Below, piece by piece: positions 21,374 to 31,035 of a stretch of DNA of 64,000 nt (its first letter is position 1; each line of letters starts with the position of its first letter). The notes beneath the pieces are model-generated. The model made no database searches. It was given only the letters and a program-made list of their open reading frames with translations, and was not told where the DNA came from. The position numbers and the translations under genes are program-made. The stretch is taken from positions 160,001-224,000 of the forward strand of contig CBDAOI010000003.1 in assembly GCA_965198005.1 (NCBI GenBank). The letters are read 5' to 3'. The DNA is from Spirochaetia bacterium (GTDB lineage: Bacteria; Spirochaetota; Spirochaetia; SZUA-6; Bin103).

Positions 21374-22056
21374 CCAGGTAATCCGGCAGCTTCGGTGGCC
21401 GTGACCAGCAGCACGAACTCGCCGGCGATCCGGTCGCGCGCTTCGAGGCAGGCGCTCAGTGCGGCCGGGGTGCCGTCCAGCAGCTCCTCGTGCAGCTTGG
21501 TCAGCTCGCGGCCCAGCAGCACGCGCCGGTGCGCAGCCAGAACCTGCAGGTCGGCCAGGGTCTTGAGCACGCGCTGGGGCGCCTCGAACAGGATGAACGG
21601 GCCGCCGCTGTGCACCAGCCGGGCGAGCTGGGAACGGCGCCGGCCCGGTTTGGGAGAGAGGAACCCGTAGAAGGTCACCCCCTGAGCGCCGGTGCCCGCC
21701 ACGCTCAGCAACGCGGTGACCGCGGACGCGCCGGGAATCGGCACCACCGCGAACCCGTGCTCGCGCGCGCGGCGCACCGTGGCGCTGCCCGGGTCGGAGA
21801 TGCCCGGCGTGCCGGCGTCGGTTACCAGCGCCACGTCGTGGCCGGCGCGCAGCAGGCCGAGCACCCGGCCCGAACGCGCTTCGCCGTACGCGTAGGCGAC
21901 GGTCCGGGCATGGATGCCGTAGTGGCTGAGGAGCTTCCGCGTCCGCGCCGTGTTCTCGCAGGCGATCACGTCCACCGCGCGCAACGTCTCCAGCGCACGC
22001 ACGGTGATATCACCGAGATTCCCGATCGGCGTAGCGACCACGTACAGGCTCGCCAT
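21370..22056 (-). CDS. rsmI: 16S rRNA C1402 2'-O-methyltransferase
   Basis: LYVVATPIGNLGDITVRA, DAGTPGISDPG, RELTKLHEE. Confidence 0.95.
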   Translation of the reverse strand: MASLYVVATPIGNLGDITVRALETLRAVDVIACENTARTRKLLSHYGIHARTVAYAYGEARSGRVLGLLRAGHDVALVTDAGTPGISDPGSATVRRAREHGFAVVPIPGASAVTALLSVAGTGAQGVTFYGFLSPKPGRRRSQLARLVHSGGPFILFEAPQRVLKTLADLQVLAAHRRVLLGRELTKLHEELLDGTPAALSACLEARDRIAGEFVLLVTATEAAGLPG

Positions 22057-22172
22057 CGCAATCACTGTACGGCCCGACGCGCAGCCGGCCAAGTCGACGC
22101 CAAGGCCCCCGCGTTCGCGGGTAGATAGACCACAGGCGGGTGGACCATAGGCGCCAGGGTGCTCGCGCCGGC

Positions 22173-23012
22173 TCAGGCGTGCCAGCCGCCGCTTACCTTG
22201 AGGTTGGCGCCGGTAACGTAGGAGGCGGCGTCGCTCACCAGGAAGCACACGGCGCCGGCCACGTCGGCGATGGTGGCGTAGCGGCCGGCGGGGATGGCGG
22301 CCTCTCCGGCGGGCGGCTTGGTCACCGAGTTGTCGACGATCCCGGGCGAGACCGCATTCACCGTCACGCCGCGGCCGGCGTAGTGCGCGGCCAAGCTCTT
22401 GGTCAGGATCAGCACTCCGGTCTTGGCCGCCAGGTAGGGGGTGAGGTTGGGCGCCGCCCGCAGGTGGTCGGCGCCGGCGTCCGCGAAGTTGACGATGCGG
22501 CCGTAGCCGCGCGCCGCCATTGCCGGCAGCACCGCGCGACAGGTCAGGAACGTGGTGGTGAGATTGCCGGTCACGGCACGCTCCCACTCCGCAGGCGTGA
22601 CCTCGGCGACGTTCTTCACCAGAAACGTGCCGGCGCAGTTGACCAGGATCTCGACCGGGCCGAAGCGCTCGGTCACCTGCGCCACCATCGCCGCCACCGC
22701 GGCCGGGTCGGTCAGCTCCGCCTGCACCGCCAACGCCGGTCCGTGCAGCCGCTCGATCTCCCCGACCACCGCGTGCGCCTCGTGCGGGCGCGAGCGGTAG
22801 TGGACGGCGACGCGCGCCCCGCGGGCGGCCAGCGCCAGCGCCACCCCGCGCCCGGTGCGGCGCCCGGCCCCGGTGACCAGCGCCACCCGGCCCTGCAGCG
22901 CGCCGGGGCCGACTGCGCCTGCATCGGCGGCGCCGAGGGCGGTTCCGGTACGTGCACCGGCGGCTCCCGCGGGGGCTCCGGCGGCGGCTCCGAGGTCGGC
23001 GCCGGCAGTCAT
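22173..23012 (-). CDS. SDR oxidoreductase, pteridine reductase/FolM-like
   Basis: TGAGRRTG, VHYRS, YxxxK (YLAAK), VNAVSPG; last gene of the folate operon. Confidence 0.8.
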   Translation of the reverse strand: MTAGADLGAAAGAPAGAAGARTGTALGAADAGAVGPGALQGRVALVTGAGRRTGRGVALALAARGARVAVHYRSRPHEAHAVVGEIERLHGPALAVQAELTDPAAVAAMVAQVTERFGPVEILVNCAGTFLVKNVAEVTPAEWERAVTGNLTTTFLTCRAVLPAMAARGYGRIVNFADAGADHLRAAPNLTPYLAAKTGVLILTKSLAAHYAGRGVTVNAVSPGIVDNSVTKPPAGEAAIPAGRYATIADVAGAVCFLVSDAASYVTGANLKVSGGWHA

Positions 23013-23515
23013 GGGCCCGCCACCCGGCGAATGATCTGGCGGTACCGCACCCCAGGCAGCGCCGCGGCCAGCGCGCTGCCGTCGCGCGGGTCGCGCGCCC
23101 GCGGCGCCAGGTCCAGCAGCGGCACCAGCATGAAGTCGCGCTCGCGCAGGCCGGGGTGCGGCACCGTCAGGTGGCTGCGGTCCAGCACGCAGTCGCCGAA
23201 CAGCAGCAGGTCCAGGTCCAGCGTGCGCGGGCCGTTGGGCAGCAGCCGCCGGCGCCCGGCCAGCGCCTCCAGCCGCTGCGTGAAGGCGAGCACCTCGTCC
23301 GCCGAGGCGGCGGTGGTGATCTCCACGGCGCCGTTCAGGAAGCAGGGCTGCGGCCGGCACCCCCACGGGATGGTCAGAAACCAGCCGGAGGTCCGCAGCA
23401 GCGGGAAGCGGGCGCGCAGCAACGCCAGGGCGCGCGCCAGATGCCGCCGCGGCGCGAGGTTGGAGCCGAGCGCCAGGTATACGTGACGCGCCCGATGGCG
23501 CACCCCGTTGCGCAC
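23009..23515 (-). CDS. folK: HPPK
   Basis: YLALGSN, FLN, GPRTLDLDLL, VPHP..RERDF. Confidence 0.92.
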   Translation of the reverse strand: MRNGVRHRARHVYLALGSNLAPRRHLARALALLRARFPLLRTSGWFLTIPWGCRPQPCFLNGAVEITTAASADEVLAFTQRLEALAGRRRLLPNGPRTLDLDLLLFGDCVLDRSHLTVPHPGLRERDFMLVPLLDLAPRARDPRDGSALAAALPGVRYRQIIRRVAGP

Positions 23516-24345
23516 TACACCCACTGCGGCACGCACTCCGTCACCGACGCCCCGCCACCGTCCCGCTGGACGCACGCCCACGTGTGCCAGGCCCGCACCG
23601 CAATCTCCGGCTCGTGCGCGCGCACGAAGTCCACGCCGGTAGCGGCCAGCTGCGCGGCGACGAGCTGCCGGCTCGAGAGCGCGGCCTTGCGCGCCAGGTA
23701 GGCCAGCGTCGCCGCGCCCAGCCGCGCGACCGCCGGCAGCGCCCGCAGCGCCTGCATCTGGTAGGCGATCTTGACCGTGTCGTCGTAGCTGGGATGGAAG
23801 ATGCCGAGGTTGGGATCGAGCACCAGGTCGCGCAACCCCGCCTGCCGCGCCCGCGTCTGCATCCGCCGGAAATAGTCCAGCATCCGGCCGACACCGTACG
23901 GCACCGGCGACGCGGCGCGCATCGCGTACGGATCGGCGTAGGGCAGATACAGCACGCTCAGGGTCGCATTGCGGCGGGCCGCGGCCGCAAACAGCGTGCC
24001 CGGCGGCTCGGCACCGGTGAAGTTGATGAACCGGGCCCCGGCCGCGAGCGACCGCTGCGCGCAGTCCGCGCTCCAGGTGTCGACCGCGACCCGGCAGCCG
24101 TCCGCCACCAGGGTGGTGAGCGCCGGCACCAGCCGTTCCCACTCCACGGCCTCGGTCACCGGAGCCCGGTCGGGGCTGATGGAGCGTGCCCCGAGTTCCA
24201 CCAGCGCAGCCCCCCGGGCGCGCAGGCGGGCGGCGCGGCGCCGTACCGCGGCCACGCCCGCGGCATGAGACCCCGGCACGTTCGACTCGGGCGACAGATT
24301 GAGCACGCCCAGAATGGTCGGCAGGCCCTCGCGGTCAGTGCGCAC
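23515..24345 (-). CDS. folP: Dihydropteroate synthase (divergent)
   Basis: ILGVLNLSPES, ELGARS, AVDT, LVLDP, ARK, VRAHE; operon context. Confidence 0.8.
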   Translation of the reverse strand: MRTDREGLPTILGVLNLSPESNVPGSHAAGVAAVRRRAARLRARGAALVELGARSISPDRAPVTEAVEWERLVPALTTLVADGCRVAVDTWSADCAQRSLAAGARFINFTGAEPPGTLFAAAARRNATLSVLYLPYADPYAMRAASPVPYGVGRMLDYFRRMQTRARQAGLRDLVLDPNLGIFHPSYDDTVKIAYQMQALRALPAVARLGAATLAYLARKAALSSRQLVAAQLAATGVDFVRAHEPEIAVRAWHTWACVQRDGGGASVTECVPQWV

Positions 24346-24685
24346 GGAAGATCTCCACCCCCACGTCCCGCGCCTCGGGCACCGCCGCCGGCTTGCGCAC
24401 GGTCACGCGCACCGCACGCGCGCGCGGCTGGCGCAGCACGTGGCGCGCCACCTCCTCGGCCATCGTCTCCAGCAGCCGGAACCGTCCGGCCACCACCAGC
24501 TCCCGCGTCTGCCGCGCCAGCTCCGCGTAGTCCAGAGTATGCTCGAGGCTGCCCGAACGTGCCGCCGGCGCCAGGTCGGCCCCCACCTCCAGACTCACCA
24601 GCAGGTCCTGCGGCGTGGTGCGTTCCCGCGGCAGCACGCCCACGACGCAGCGGATCCTCAGGTCGCGAATGACGATGCGGTCCAC
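24335..24685 (-). CDS. folB: Dihydroneopterin aldolase
   Basis: DRIVIRDL...GVLPRER..PQ, TLDY, LLETMAE, VRKP. Confidence 0.92.
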   Translation of the reverse strand: MDRIVIRDLRIRCVVGVLPRERTTPQDLLVSLEVGADLAPAARSGSLEHTLDYAELARQTRELVVAGRFRLLETMAEEVARHVLRQPRARAVRVTVRKPAAVPEARDVGVEIFRAH

Positions 24686-24714
24686 GGCGACAACCGGGCG
24701 GGCGGCGCGGGCGG

Positions 24715-25299
24715 TCAGGAGCCGAGCAGCCGCAGAAACTCGGCGCGGGTGGAGGGCGAGCTGCGAAAGCTCCCCAGCATGCACGATGTCTTCATCTGCG
24801 AGTGCTGCTTCTCGACGCCGCGCATCATCACGCACAGGTGGCTGGCTTCCACCACCACTCCCACGCCCTGCGCGTCCACCGCCGCGCGCACCGCGTTGGC
24901 GACCTGGGTGGTCAGGCGCTCCTGCAACTGCAGCCGCCGGGCGAAGTGATTGACGATGCGCGGGATCTTGGACAGCCCGATGATCCTGCCGGCGGGAATG
25001 TAGGCGACGTGGCACTGGCCGATGAACGGCAAGAGGTGGTGCTCGCACAGCGAATAGGTCTCGATGTTGCACACCATGATCATCTCGTCCGACTCCGATT
25101 CGTAGATGGCGCCGTTGATGATGGTGTGCAGATCCTCGCGGTAGCCGGCAGTGAGGTCGAGCAGCGCCCGCGCCGCGCGCCCCGGCGTGCGCACCAGACC
25201 CTCGCGGTCGCTATCCTCCCCCAGTTCCCGTATAATCCGGCGGTAGCACGCTTCGAGATCTGCGAGATCTGCCGGTTCGCCAGCGGCATTCGACGCCAC
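24715..25299 (-). CDS. folE: GTP cyclohydrolase I
   Basis: [42 protein letters not shown]; start uncertain. Confidence 0.95.
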   Translation of the reverse strand: MASNAAGEPADLADLEACYRRIIRELGEDSDREGLVRTPGRAARALLDLTAGYREDLHTIINGAIYESESDEMIMVCNIETYSLCEHHLLPFIGQCHVAYIPAGRIIGLSKIPRIVNHFARRLQLQERLTTQVANAVRAAVDAQGVGVVVEASHLCVMMRGVEKQHSQMKTSCMLGSFRSSPSTRAEFLRLLGS

Positions 25300-25382
25300 G
25301 CGCGCTGCTGTGGGTGGTGATACGGTGCTCAAGGTGACCGGAATATAGAGGCAGCGTGCGCGCCCGACAACCGTGCGCCAAG

Positions 25383-25423
25383 CGGACGACAGGCGGCCGC
25401 CGGACGACAGGCGGCCGCCGGAC
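25383..25423. repeat. 18-bp tandem repeat in folE/mdh divergent intergenic region
   Basis: CGGACGACAGGCGGCCGC x2 plus partial third copy. Confidence 0.8.
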
Positions 25424-25441
25424 CCAGGAGGCCCTGTACAG

Positions 25442-26395
25442 ATGGTTGGAAAAGCCAGGATCGCGGTGATCGGCGCCGGCAACGTCGGCGCCTCGTGCGC
25501 GCTCTGGATCGTATCGCAGCAGCTCGGTGACGTGGTGCTGCTGGACATCCCGCAGATGGAGAACCCGACCCGGGGCAAGGCGCTGGACCTGTACGAGTGC
25601 GCGCCGATCCGCCGGTTCGACTGCACGGTGACCGGCACCGCCGACTACGCGGCGATCGCGGGCGCCGACGTGGTGGTGCTCACCGCCGGCCTGCCGCGCA
25701 AGCCGGGCATGAGCCGCGACGACCTGATCAAGACCAACGTCGCGATCGTGCGCAGCGTGAGCGAGCAGATCGCCGCCCATGCCCCCGACAGCGTCGTGAT
25801 CGTGGTGAGCAACCCGCTCGACGCCATGGTCTACACCGCCTGGAAGACGACCGGCTTTCCCACCAACCGCATCGTCGGCCAGGCCGGCTGCCTGGACACC
25901 GGCCGGTTCAAGACCTTCATCGCCGAGGAGACCGGCTTTTCGGTGGAGGACATCAACACCCTGCTGCTCGGCGGCCACGGCGACGACATGGTGCCGTTGC
26001 CGCGCTTCACCAACATCGCCGGCATCCCGGTGACCGAATTCATCAGCGAGCAGCGGCTGGCCGAGCTGGTGGACCGCGCCAAGCAGGGCGGCGGTGAGAT
26101 CGTGGGGCTGCTGGGCACCAGCGCCTACTACGCGCCCGGCGCCGCGGTGACGCAGATGGTGGAGGCGATCGTGCGCGACAAGAAGCGGATCCTGCCGTGC
26201 GCGGGTTACTGCGCCGGTCACTACGGGATCGACGGCCTGTTCGTGGGCGTCCCGTGCGTGCTCGGCGCCGGCGGCATGGAGCGCGTGCTGGAGGTGAGCC
26301 TCGAGGCGGACGAGCGGCGCCTGCTGGCGGAGTCGGCGGCGCACGTGGGCGAGCTGGTGGACGTCGTGCGGCGCCTGTACCCGGAGCTGGCCTGA
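25442..26395 (+). CDS. mdh: Malate dehydrogenase (LDH-like)
   Basis: [42 protein letters not shown]. Confidence 0.95.
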   Translation: MVGKARIAVIGAGNVGASCALWIVSQQLGDVVLLDIPQMENPTRGKALDLYECAPIRRFDCTVTGTADYAAIAGADVVVLTAGLPRKPGMSRDDLIKTNVAIVRSVSEQIAAHAPDSVVIVVSNPLDAMVYTAWKTTGFPTNRIVGQAGCLDTGRFKTFIAEETGFSVEDINTLLLGGHGDDMVPLPRFTNIAGIPVTEFISEQRLAELVDRAKQGGGEIVGLLGTSAYYAPGAAVTQMVEAIVRDKKRILPCAGYCAGHYGIDGLFVGVPCVLGAGGMERVLEVSLEADERRLLAESAAHVGELVDVVRRLYPELA

Positions 26396-26397
26396 CC

Positions 26398-27852
26398 GTG
26401 GGGACGCGCGCGCCGGCGCCCGCTCCGGCCGTGGGCGGCGGCTCGAGTGCCGGCCCGGGGGCGGAAGTGCGGCGCGAGACCGATTCGCTGGGGGCGGTCG
26501 AGGTAGCGGCCGACCGCCTGTGGGGCGCCCAGACCCAGCGCTCGCTGGAGAACTTCCGCATCGGCGGCGAACGGATGCCGCTGGAGGTGATCCGCGCCTT
26601 CGGCATCCTCAAGAAGGCGGCGGCACAGGTCAACCGGGAGCTGGGCCTGCTGGATGAGCGCCTTTGCGAGTTGATCGTGCGCGCCGCCGACGAGGTGATC
26701 GCCGGCGCCTGGGACGACCACTTCCCGCTGGTGGTGTGGCAGACCGGCAGCGGCACCCAGTCCAACATGAACCTGAACGAGGTGATCTCCAACCGCGCCA
26801 TCCAGCTCTGCGGCGGCGAGCCGGGCAGCAAGGACCCGGTGCACCCCAACGATCACGTCAACCTGTCGCAGTCCTCCAACGACACTTTTCCCACGGCGAT
26901 GCACGTCGCTGCGGTCACGGCCCTGCACCAGCGGCTGCTGCCGGCGCTGGCCGATCTGGAGCAGGCGCTGGCCGCCAAGAGCCGGGAATTCGACGGCATC
27001 GTCAAGATCGGCCGCACCCACCTGATGGACGCGGTGCCGCTGACCCTGGGCCAGGAGTTCTCCGGTTACGCGGTGCAGGTCGCGCGCGGAGCGGAGCGGA
27101 TTCGCGCCACCCTGCCGAGGCTGCTGGAGCTGGCGCTGGGCGGCACCGCGGTCGGCACCGGGCTCAACAGCCACCCCCGGTTTGCGCAGCGCGTGGCCGC
27201 CGTGATCGCCCAGCTTACCGGCTACCCGTTCGAGACCGCGCCCAACAAGTTCGAGGCGCTGGCGGCGCACGACGCCGTGGTCCAGTGCAGCGGCGCCCTC
27301 AAGACCACGGCCGCGGCGCTGATGAAGGTGGCCAACGACGTGCGCTGGCTGGCGTCCGGCCCGCGCAGCGGTATCGGCGAGTTGACCATCCCGCCCAACG
27401 AGCCGGGCAGCTCGATCATGCCGGGCAAGGTCAACCCCACCCAGGCCGAGGCGCTGACCATGGTGGCGGTGCAGGTGCTGGGCAATGACGCCGCCATCGG
27501 CTTCGCCGGCGCCTCCGGCAACTTCGAGCTGAACGTGTACAAGCCGGTGCTGATCTACAACCTGCTGCAGTCGATCGGCCTGCTGGCCGACGCCGCCGAC
27601 AGCTTCCGCCGTCACTGCGTGATCGGCATCGGCGCCGACCGGCGCCGGATCGAGCAACTGGTGGGCAACTCGCTGATGCTGGTGACCGCGCTGACCCCGC
27701 ACGTCGGCTACGACAAGGCGGCCGAGGTCGCCAAGCGCGCCCATGCCGCGGGTGGCACGCTGCGGCAGGCGGCGCTGGAGCTGGGCTACGTCACCGGCGA
27801 GCAGTTCGACGCCTGGGTGCAGCCGCGGCGGATGACGCGCCCGGGAGACTGA
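26398..27852 (+). CDS. fumC: Class II fumarate hydratase
   Basis: [33 protein letters not shown]. Confidence 0.95.
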   Translation: MGTRAPAPAPAVGGGSSAGPGAEVRRETDSLGAVEVAADRLWGAQTQRSLENFRIGGERMPLEVIRAFGILKKAAAQVNRELGLLDERLCELIVRAADEVIAGAWDDHFPLVVWQTGSGTQSNMNLNEVISNRAIQLCGGEPGSKDPVHPNDHVNLSQSSNDTFPTAMHVAAVTALHQRLLPALADLEQALAAKSREFDGIVKIGRTHLMDAVPLTLGQEFSGYAVQVARGAERIRATLPRLLELALGGTAVGTGLNSHPRFAQRVAAVIAQLTGYPFETAPNKFEALAAHDAVVQCSGALKTTAAALMKVANDVRWLASGPRSGIGELTIPPNEPGSSIMPGKVNPTQAEALTMVAVQVLGNDAAIGFAGASGNFELNVYKPVLIYNLLQSIGLLADAADSFRRHCVIGIGADRRRIEQLVGNSLMLVTALTPHVGYDKAAEVAKRAHAAGGTLRQAALELGYVTGEQFDAWVQPRRMTRPGD

Positions 27853-27866
27853 AGGGTGGCACGGGC

Positions 27867-28940
27867 ATGACGGCAGTACACCGGTTGCGCGAAGACGTGG
27901 CGGCTCTGGCCACCGCCGAGGGCCGCAAGCCGGGCACCCTCGGCCACCGCCGTGCCGAAGACTACCTGGTGGAGCGGCTGCACGCGATCGGCCTGCGGCC
28001 GTACCGGGGCGACTCCTACCGCCTGCCGTTCAGCGCGCCCAGCGTGCCCAGCGGGCCCAGCGGGCCCGGCGTGCCCGACGCGGCGGCCGGCGGCACGCCC
28101 GGCGCGGCCGCCACCGAAGGCATGAACCTGATCGCGGTGGCGGCCGGGACCCGGCGCGAGGCGCCGCCGCTGCTGCTGGGCGCCCACTACGACAGCGCGC
28201 TGGAAGCTCCCTGCGCCGACGACAACGCGGCGGCGGTGGCCATCGTCCTGGAAGTGGCGCGGGAACTGGTGGACCGCCCGTTGACGCGCGACGTGGTGGT
28301 GGCGCTGTTCGACAACGAGGAGCAGCCCTACGCGGGCTCACCGGCCATGGGCAGCATCAACTTCCACACGCGGCAGATGGACCAGCGCGGGATCGCCTGC
28401 GCGCTGATCCAGGACCTCACCGGCCACGAGGTGCGGCTCCCGGTCGGTGGCCGGCAGCGCCGGCTGCCGCGCGTCCGCAACCTGCTGTTCATGACCGGCG
28501 CGGAGTCGCACGCGGAGCTGGCCCCGGCCGTGGCGGGCTGCCGGCGGCCGTGGCGGCTGCCGCTGATCGCCACCCTCAATAGCTACGTCGGCGACGTCAG
28601 CGATCACCTGCCGTTTCGCCGCGCCGGACAGCCCTACCTGTTCTTCTCCTGCGGCCGCTGGGAACACTACCACCGGCAGAGCGACACCCCGGAGCACCTC
28701 AACTACGGCAAGATGCGGCGCATCGCCCACTTCCTCACCGCCCTGCTCGGCGCCCTGGATCGCCTGCCGTTCGCCGCCGCCGCCGCTCCCCCCGACACCA
28801 CCACCTTCGAGCTGCAATCCCTGCGCACCGCGCTCGGCCCCTGGCTGTTCGTCGTGCGCCGCCTCCTGCGGCTCGGCAAGATCGAGACCCGCGCCGACCT
28901 CGACCGCCTCGCCCAGGCCCTCCTGGCCACCGGCCTCTGA
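27867..28940 (+). CDS. M28 family metallopeptidase
   Basis: GAHYDS, ADDNA, DNEE, SDH, YH..SDT. Confidence 0.85.
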   Translation: MTAVHRLREDVAALATAEGRKPGTLGHRRAEDYLVERLHAIGLRPYRGDSYRLPFSAPSVPSGPSGPGVPDAAAGGTPGAAATEGMNLIAVAAGTRREAPPLLLGAHYDSALEAPCADDNAAAVAIVLEVARELVDRPLTRDVVVALFDNEEQPYAGSPAMGSINFHTRQMDQRGIACALIQDLTGHEVRLPVGGRQRRLPRVRNLLFMTGAESHAELAPAVAGCRRPWRLPLIATLNSYVGDVSDHLPFRRAGQPYLFFSCGRWEHYHRQSDTPEHLNYGKMRRIAHFLTALLGALDRLPFAAAAAPPDTTTFELQSLRTALGPWLFVVRRLLRLGKIETRADLDRLAQALLATGL

Positions 28941-29044
28941 CACGCGCACGCGCGCTCCCCGAAGTCGAACCAGGCATCTCCTACTGAGTCTGCCGACGCC
29001 GCCGCGCGCCGCTCGAGGCGATGCAGGCCATGGCGAAGACGAGG

Positions 29045-29089
29045 CATGACTTGTCTAGTCGTAACTTGTCGAAACACGACTTGACGATT
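29045..29089 (+). promoter_or_regulatory. Three 15-bp-phased direct repeats upstream of ATPase gene (candidate operator)
   Basis: catgACTTGTC / cgtaACTTGTC / cacgACTTGAC at 29045, 29060, 29075; third copy overlaps TTGACG. Confidence 0.55.
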
Positions 29090-29118
29090 CTGGGAACAGC
29101 TCTCATCCTACGATTACG

Positions 29119-30516
29119 GTGAGGTTTATCGGTCGCGACGCGGAATTGAACGTCTTGCAGCGTGCCTTCCATTCGCCCAGATCGGAGCTCATTCCGATCT
29201 ACGGCCGGCGCCGGGTGGGCAAGAGCGAGCTGATCCTGAAGTTCATGGCGCACAAGCCCGGTGTCTACTACCTGGGCCAGCAGTCTTCGACGGCGCTGCA
29301 GGTGCGGGAGTTCCTGGCCGAGGCCGCCCGCGCGCTCGACCTGCCGCTGCTGGCCGAGTTGCGCGCCGCCGGATGGCAACAGGCGCTACGCACGGTAACG
29401 GAGCAATGGGCCGCCACCAACCCGGCAACGAAGCTCGTGCTGGCGCTCGACGAGTTTCAGTGGATCGCCGCCTCCAGCCCCAGCCTGCTGTCGGAGCTGC
29501 AGCACTGCTGGGACCGGTGGTGGCGGGATGCCGGCAACGTCGTGCTCCTGCTGTGCGGTTCGTATCTCGGTTTCATGGAGCGGGACGTGCTGGGCAGCAA
29601 GAGCCCGCTGTTCGGCCGGCGCACCGCCCAGATCCACCTGCAACCGTTCGGCTATCGGGATGCCGCCCGGTTCCATCCGCGATGGTCGCCCGAGGACCAG
29701 GCACGGGCCTACTTCCTGGTCGGCGGGCTGCCTCAGTACCTGCTCTGCCTGGACGACCGCCGCTCCATCGACGCCAACATCCGGGAGCATCTGCTTGCCG
29801 AGTTCGCCCCGCTGTTTCACGAACCCGTCTTTCTGCTGCGTGAGGAACTGCGCGAGATCGCCCCGTACCAGGCAGTTCTTCATTCCGTCGCGTCCGGCCA
29901 TGGCACCGCGCCCGCGATTGCCACCGCCACCGGGTTGCCGGAGCGCAGCCTGCACTACTATCTGCAGCAGCTCACGGGCCTCGGCTACCTGCGCCGCCGC
30001 TATCCGCTGGAACGCCGGCGTCCCAATCCGCGTCAGGTACGCTTCGAAATCGAAGACCCGTTGCTGCGGTTCTGGTTCCGCTTCGTGTTCCCCAACGTGA
30101 GCGTGATCCGCGCCAGCGGCCCGGCGCGCGCCTTTACGGAGCGCATCGCGCCGTCACTCGACGCCTGGTTCGGCGGCTGCTTCGAACGGCTCTGTCGCGA
30201 GGCGCTGCCGCTGATCTACGCCCAAGAGGGGGTCGCCGCCGGCTTCGAGGTCGGCGAGTACTGGAGCCCGGCGACTCAGATCGACGTCGTCGGCATGCGC
30301 GACGACAACTGGACCGACCTCGGGGAGTGCAAATGGGGTTCGGTGCGGTCGCCCCGTGCCCTGGAAACCGAGCTGGAACGCAAGCTGCAGCAGTATCCCA
30401 ACAGCCGCGGCGCAACGCTCGGACGACGCTACTTCACCCGCCGCAAGCCGGCCGCAAGACGCGGAGCCGACCGCTGGTACTCCCTCAAGGACCTCTATAC
30501 CCCGCATGCCACCTGA
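29119..30516 (+). CDS. Archaeal-type ATPase with wHTH and DUF234/PD-(D/E)xK-like C-terminus
   Basis: FIGRDAEL, YGRRRVGKS, LDEFQ, SPLFGRRT, DPLLRFWFRFV, QIDVV...GECKW. Confidence 0.85.
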   Translation: MRFIGRDAELNVLQRAFHSPRSELIPIYGRRRVGKSELILKFMAHKPGVYYLGQQSSTALQVREFLAEAARALDLPLLAELRAAGWQQALRTVTEQWAATNPATKLVLALDEFQWIAASSPSLLSELQHCWDRWWRDAGNVVLLLCGSYLGFMERDVLGSKSPLFGRRTAQIHLQPFGYRDAARFHPRWSPEDQARAYFLVGGLPQYLLCLDDRRSIDANIREHLLAEFAPLFHEPVFLLREELREIAPYQAVLHSVASGHGTAPAIATATGLPERSLHYYLQQLTGLGYLRRRYPLERRRPNPRQVRFEIEDPLLRFWFRFVFPNVSVIRASGPARAFTERIAPSLDAWFGGCFERLCREALPLIYAQEGVAAGFEVGEYWSPATQIDVVGMRDDNWTDLGECKWGSVRSPRALETELERKLQQYPNSRGATLGRRYFTRRKPAARRGADRWYSLKDLYTPHAT

Positions 30517-30595
30517 TCCGCGCCCCGCTTCGTCCCGCTTTGCGTTTCCGGTGGTGGTAGCAAATCCTCGGCGGATCGGTCACGGTGGAGTCGTC

Positions 30596-31003
30596 ATGGC
30601 GGAACGCAAGGCTGAGGCGTGGTCGGGCTGGCGGTTCTTCGTCGTCGGGCTCCTGTGGCTGCCGGTGGGGGTCGCCCTCTCGGCGCTGGTGCGCGGCCTC
30701 GGGTTCACGGCCGCGCCAGGACCGTGGCCGACGATGGCGCTGATGCTGGCCTCGTCACTGGTCGTGGTCGCGCCGGCGGGGCTGCCGCTGGCGCTGGCGT
30801 GCCGGCAACTCCGGCGGCTGGGGTACGTGCGGGTGACCTGGGCCGCCATTGCGGTGCTGGCGCCCGCCACCGTAGCCGCGTCCCTGCTCGCGGGGCTGCT
30901 CGGGCCGCTGGCGATCGCCGTCTACGCGGCGCTCCTGAGCCTGCCGGTGTGGATTGCGGTGGGGGTGCTGCGCCGCCGGCGTCGACCCGGACCGGCAGAT
31001 TGA
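30596..31003 (+). CDS. Hypothetical four-TM membrane protein
   Basis: GGAG RBS, hydrophobic helices; most of it duplicated at 35486-35824. Confidence 0.7.
   Translation: MAERKAEAWSGWRFFVVGLLWLPVGVALSALVRGLGFTAAPGPWPTMALMLASSLVVVAPAGLPLALACRQLRRLGYVRVTWAAIAVLAPATVAASLLAGLLGPLAIAVYAALLSLPVWIAVGVLRRRRRPGPAD
30643..30981 (+). repeat. 339-bp direct repeat, copy 1 (left of R-M cassette)
   Basis: Near-identical to 35486-35824. Confidence 0.9.
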
Positions 31004-31035
31004 CGGACTCGGGAATCTGAGCAGGAGACACACGG

